A stretch of DNA of 64,000 nucleotides, from positions 62,001 to 126,000 of the forward strand of contig NIVC01001089.1 of assembly GCA_002269645.1 (NCBI GenBank), written 5' to 3'. The DNA is from Macrostomum lignano (taxonomy: Eukaryota). Made by a program: the position numbers and the translations under genes. Below are positions 46,701 to 64,000 of the stretch, piece by piece. The notes below the pieces were generated by a model. That model was not told where the DNA came from. It made no database searches and saw nothing but the letters and a program-made list of their open reading frames with translations. Position 1 is the stretch's first letter, and every line of letters begins with the position of its first letter.

Positions 46701-48007
46701 TATGTTGCTATAGGTAGCTTAAAGCTTGGAGATAATATTCAATAGGTAAAAAAAAAGAGTAAACAAAAATTTTGGCAAGAGACAAATTCGCGGCAAAAAC
46801 AGTAATTAAAAAGCACGCATTGGATCGGGGCCAAGAAAAAAAACTGACGACAAACGAAAATGAATGGTTCGCTTTTGGAAGTATCGATTAGAGATGTCAA
46901 AAGGAAAACCCCTTTGTTATTTCAACAGATTAGCTATCACTACACCTCCAGTCATCTCAGGAATTTATCAAAAGAGATCCACAATTTAAAATTCAAAATG
47001 ATAAACGCATAAAATCTTGTCTCCCAACCATCAATCATGCAGTTCCTCGCTCCGGCTACTCTGCTGCCCCATCAACAGCTAACCGGTACCGTCAGAGGCA
47101 GCCTTTCATGTCCAGCAGCGGCGCCCACCGCAACCCATTCGGCGACTTTGGCTGGTCGCCGTCGCCAGACAAATTTCACCAAACGGCCGCCAGGCCGACA
47201 CCGTCACGGGCTGCATTCGAGCAGTCGTCCTACCTGCCATCGCAGGGAATCGGACGGGTCGATAGTCCAATCAAATCTCGACCTGGTGGTCGCGTTGGTG
47301 GTGGCACCGGTGGGTTGAACCAACGCCACAGCGTTTCCGGATCGTTCAACGGGCCTCGATATTCGAGTATGCTGCAAATCGGCAACGGCGGTGGCGCCGG
47401 CGACAGCAGCGGAACCCCTGCGGAACCTTTCGCGTACAACAATCGTCAGTACAATACGCCAATTAACATGTATTCGCGTCAGAATGTGACCAACGCTTTC
47501 GAAGGACAAACTGGCATTCAGCTCCGAAATCAGCCTGGGTGAGCTCGCTAAGAATTTCGACTTACTTATAAAATACGACATATGGGTAACTACTACGAGA
47601 TCAAGTAAGGTTCGGTTTTTGAGGAAACTTGGCTCATAGGGGCCGTAGGAAACTTATCCATGTCGTTTTTGCGATTGCACTTGAAAAACGAAAATCGTTG
47701 TCTCTACAGTTTCGATAGACCAATGTTTTTATACGTACATCAGGTGCATGTAATTTTTATAGTGTGAATTATCATAATTTCTTTAATTTTTTTAACATAA
47801 TTTCAAACGTTTCACAGACGCAGCGCCAATTCTACTCAGGAGCCGGCCTATACCCAGTCGCAGGTGTATAAGCTTGTCCACGAGCAAGATCAGCAGCAGA
47901 GCCATCAGAAACAACAAGCTCGCGTTCAAACTCAGCATCCGCACTCTTGGGCGCATATTAATCGGCAAGAGTCCGAGATGGATGAGCCTGGCGTTTCTGA
48001 GTTCTGA
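40609..48007 (+). CDS. PDZ + ZM-motif protein of the Zasp/ALP/Enigma family without LIM domain, 6 exons, 496 aa
   Basis: Exons 40609-40713, 41350-41498, 42326-42641, 45876-46110, 47043-47538, 47818-48007 (1491 nt, phase-consistent). PDZ WGFRLQGG...GSPAEGQLQRGD...HSEAQELV; ZM motif RQYNTPINMYS; SQVYKLVHE. Confidence 0.92.
40897..41045. repeat. Minisatellite, 42-bp unit GTCTGTGGCCCTAACCCCGGGGTAAAGACCATAGACTGTAGC
   Basis: About 3.5 copies, intron 1. Confidence 0.92.
41350..41498 (+). CDS. PDZ-ZM exon 2 (second half of the PDZ domain)
   Basis: ctctcag| acceptor, CG|GTGAGT donor. Confidence 0.95.
42326..42641 (+). CDS. PDZ-ZM exon 3 (Gln/Tyr-rich linker)
   Basis: ccacag| acceptor, TCT|GTGAGT donor, phase-consistent. 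Confidence 0.88.
43248..43945. repeat. Perfect minisatellite, 15-bp unit GCCATAGACCTCACG, ~46 copies
   Basis: Read directly; no variant units seen. Confidence 0.98.
43936..44019. mobile_element. Candidate 84-bp mini-element with perfect 12-bp inverted ends GGCCATAGACAA / TTGTCTATGGCC
   Basis: Inverted repeats at 43936-43947 and 44008-44019; the left one is the last unit of the 15-bp array. Confidence 0.5.
45876..46110 (+). CDS. PDZ-ZM exon 4 (His/Gln-rich)
   Basis: tttccag| acceptor, G|GTGAGC donor. Confidence 0.85.
47043..47538 (+). CDS. PDZ-ZM exon 5 (contains ZM motif RQYNTPINMYS)
   Basis: catgcag| acceptor, GG|GTGAGC donor. Confidence 0.92.
47818..48007 (+). CDS. PDZ-ZM terminal exon (...SQVYKLVHE...GVSEF*)
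   Basis: ttcacag| acceptor, TGA at 48005-48007. Confidence 0.85.
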
Positions 48008-49768
48008 TCACGTCCATGACTAGTGGCAGACGGACAGATATTGTAAATATTGAGCTGTGTTGTGTGGTGAAAGCGATAAAACCACTTCTCAAAAATGCGT
48101 TAAACAGGAAAATCGATTTTGCCCTTGAGCAAGTACGGAGCTTAAAAATGATGACGCTTTCGAAGTTTCGGGGAATTTTAATAACGTGTGCCGATGCGTA
48201 TCCTTGGTACGCGAGAACGAGTTTATTTCAGCGTATTTTAGACCCCCATAACTCGCTCATAATTTGCTCATAGTTTCCTAAATTGCGCTAGCGTTTAGGA
48301 ATGAATTATATTCGAATATTTGTACGAACATATCACAACTACTGTTCTAGCTTTAGTGCGAGTCAAAGTAGTCTTAACCTAATGCTTTATCGCTATAATC
48401 GCCTAATATTATTGCAAATTTATTCTGCTTAGCCAACTAAATCCTGCGTGTCTGGTGTCTCCCGTTGCAAACGTTACCGTGACAAGCATCACTAATTAGA
48501 GTCATTGTCAACAACTCACTGATGACTCTTGCGACCCTTTCGACTGAGAGGCGAACTGTTGAGTCACGAGCGCATAGCGTGAGTTCATCCAAGAGTTTTT
48601 GTGTTAGCGCTTAACCTTCTACTCAGTCAAGTAGACTCAAAAGAGTTGTTACAAACGCGTAATGCGATTCCAATTCATTAAGTGACGCAGATGCGCTTTA
48701 GACGCAACTCAGTGACTCTAAAGCGACTCCAGCACGCCCTGGATACAACTCTACTGCCCAGAGTCATTATAAAATGGTTCCAGAGTCGAGTCAACGACAA
48801 CAAAACGCCTCTAATTGACTCTTAGGCGACTCTTTGACGACTTTTTGGCGACTTGTACCGTGACATCTCGTCGCTTTAGAGTAACTTCATTTCTATTTTA
48901 CCTTTTTTATCTTAAAAGACTCTCTAAAAAACGACTCTGGGACGACGCAAGTGACTCTGGGACGCTCGATATGACAACAAAATGCCCAAGAATATTTACT
49001 AGTATAGAAAATTCAGATTAAATGCCATTTGATACAGAGAATAATTTATCGAATGCACATTGGAAATCAAAAAATTGTTGCTTAGACACCAATTTATATC
49101 TTATACCACTAAATATATTATAAGTGATTCGTCGCTTTACTTCATGTAGCATGAAACTTTCGAGAAGTGCCTTACCCTTTTTGAATTATCCGATCAAACA
49201 AAATGGTAGCAAATTAATTTTTTGAGTCTTTTAAACAACACTTCTAGGCCGCATGGCCTCTGCTCGATGCATGTCAAAACCGATCAGAAGGTCCCATTGC
49301 ACAGCTTAATGTATATTTTCAGTAAAATCGTTTAAACGGCCGATCTACCAGTATGACTCGATTCTGAAACTGTGTACAGATGAAGCTTACCATCATAACA
49401 GCACAGTTGTTACACTCTTAACAGCTCCGCATAATATTCAAAGATTAAAAATGTAAATGGGCAGGCTAAATAAGTTAAGTATTTGACAGTTATTATAAGC
49501 AAAACAATATTAATGATTGGGGGTAAGTGATAAAGTAAGGTCGGACACCAACTATCTGGGCATTGGGGCCAGAGTGCAAGTTCAGTCCAGGTTATTTGAA
49601 TTGGAGCGCTCCATACATAAGAGTTATGCTCTTGTAGTCTGAATAGCATCGCTTTGACGGGTCCAACAAAGAGGGCAAGGACTACTCAAATAGACGGGAC
49701 GGGAAACTACGTTTCTCGGAAAATTTTTATGTAGCAGGTTTTACAGTAGCTCGTAATCATTACAGAGA

Positions 49769-50131
49769 TTTTTTTTATTATTAGAAGCAGGGGGGTTGTG
49801 TGCACCCTGGCGCACTTTAAGCGACATAGGCACACAACCGGCGAGAGGCATTACTGTCCATTCCGCCGACTCCCCTGAGCAGGCATACAAGCGCGCGGAT
49901 ACGTACGCAGGCACACACTCACACAGGAGTGTACAGCGGCCCTAACTTTATTTTATCGTTAGGCATGTACACTTCACTGCGCCTTGGGGGGTTGGCTCTC
50001 AAGGCCGTTAATTGCACGAGCAGAGCCAAGCCGAGATTCCAATTCAGCCCCAAATTAATGTGACTGCACTTAATCGAGCCTGGGTCGCTGGCACACCCAG
50101 AGCCTGCGCTAGACCGCTGGGCTACGGCCCC
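49769..50131 (-). mobile_element. Second tRNA-derived SINE family, full-length copy
   Basis: Minus-strand head GGGGCCGTAGCCCAGCGG (A box) ... GGCTCGATT (degenerate B box), body homologous to 17025-17245, (TAA)n/A-rich tail. Confidence 0.65.
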
Positions 50132-50627
50132 CAGTATCATTACAGAGATAGGAGATCTTCATTTTTCAGCACAAAATTGTTATTATTGCTTTGATAGGAA
50201 GCAGACTGTTCTTATAGCTTCATTGATAGTCATACATATAAAGCTGTTCCTCTAGAAAATTAGTTAGCTATGTTAATTTTTATATCCAACGTACATGTCC
50301 TATGTCTAAGAAACATAGAAAATGGCACAGATCGACTTATTGGTTTGGCTAGAATGTCAATTCCTAATCCCAAATGAAAACCTCGTGGCTCTGTACGGCA
50401 ATGCATTTTTCTATAAAATCTGCCTCCTACAATTTTCCCAGACCCAGAGACGTACGTAGTATTCTATACGTAGTACGTAGACGTACTTGCGTATTCCTTG
50501 CAAAGAGGCAGAAAAAATTATGTAGTCTTAGAAGCTACTTTGGTTTGGTTTTTGCCGGTTAAGAGTTGTCGAAAATCGATAGAATCAATTTGATTGCAGC
50601 AAAGGCAAAAAGCCTTTTTTCACAAAT

Positions 50628-64000
<13,373 letters not shown>

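Overview
Repeat-rich animal (metazoan invertebrate) genomic DNA with spliceosomal GT-AG introns. The Gln/Ser/Ala-rich exons and minisatellite-filled introns are reminiscent of a free-living flatworm, but that taxon is a guess. Genes reconstructed by hand: (1) a minus-strand gene leaving the window on the left (exon 614-997, plus a signal-peptide-like exon at 17980-18058 of uncertain linkage); (2) a 7-exon PCTAIRE kinase, CDK16/17/18 family (minus, ~24.3-32.8 kb); (3) an intronless PP2C/PPM phosphatase (minus, 36969-38315); (4) a 6-exon PDZ + ZM-motif protein with no LIM domain, Zasp/ALP-like (plus, 40609-48007); (5) the 3' part of a TRPC channel (minus, 50628 to beyond 64000) with a 1-nt frameshift in the pore exon. 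Mobile DNA: three CORE-type tRNA-SINEs, a second tRNA-SINE family, LINE 3' remnants, and a truncated Crypton-like tyrosine-recombinase element in a TRPC intron. About 30 tandem arrays fill introns and intergenic DNA. Most notable signal: the octamer CCATAGAC/GTCTATGG is in the unit of six arrays, forms the inverted ends of an 84-bp mini-element, and punctuates the Crypton-like element, which also carries palindromic sites with 8-bp spacers. This suggests, as inference only, a recombinase- or TE-end-linked system that seeds minisatellites. No CRISPR, rRNA or bona fide tRNA genes were found.
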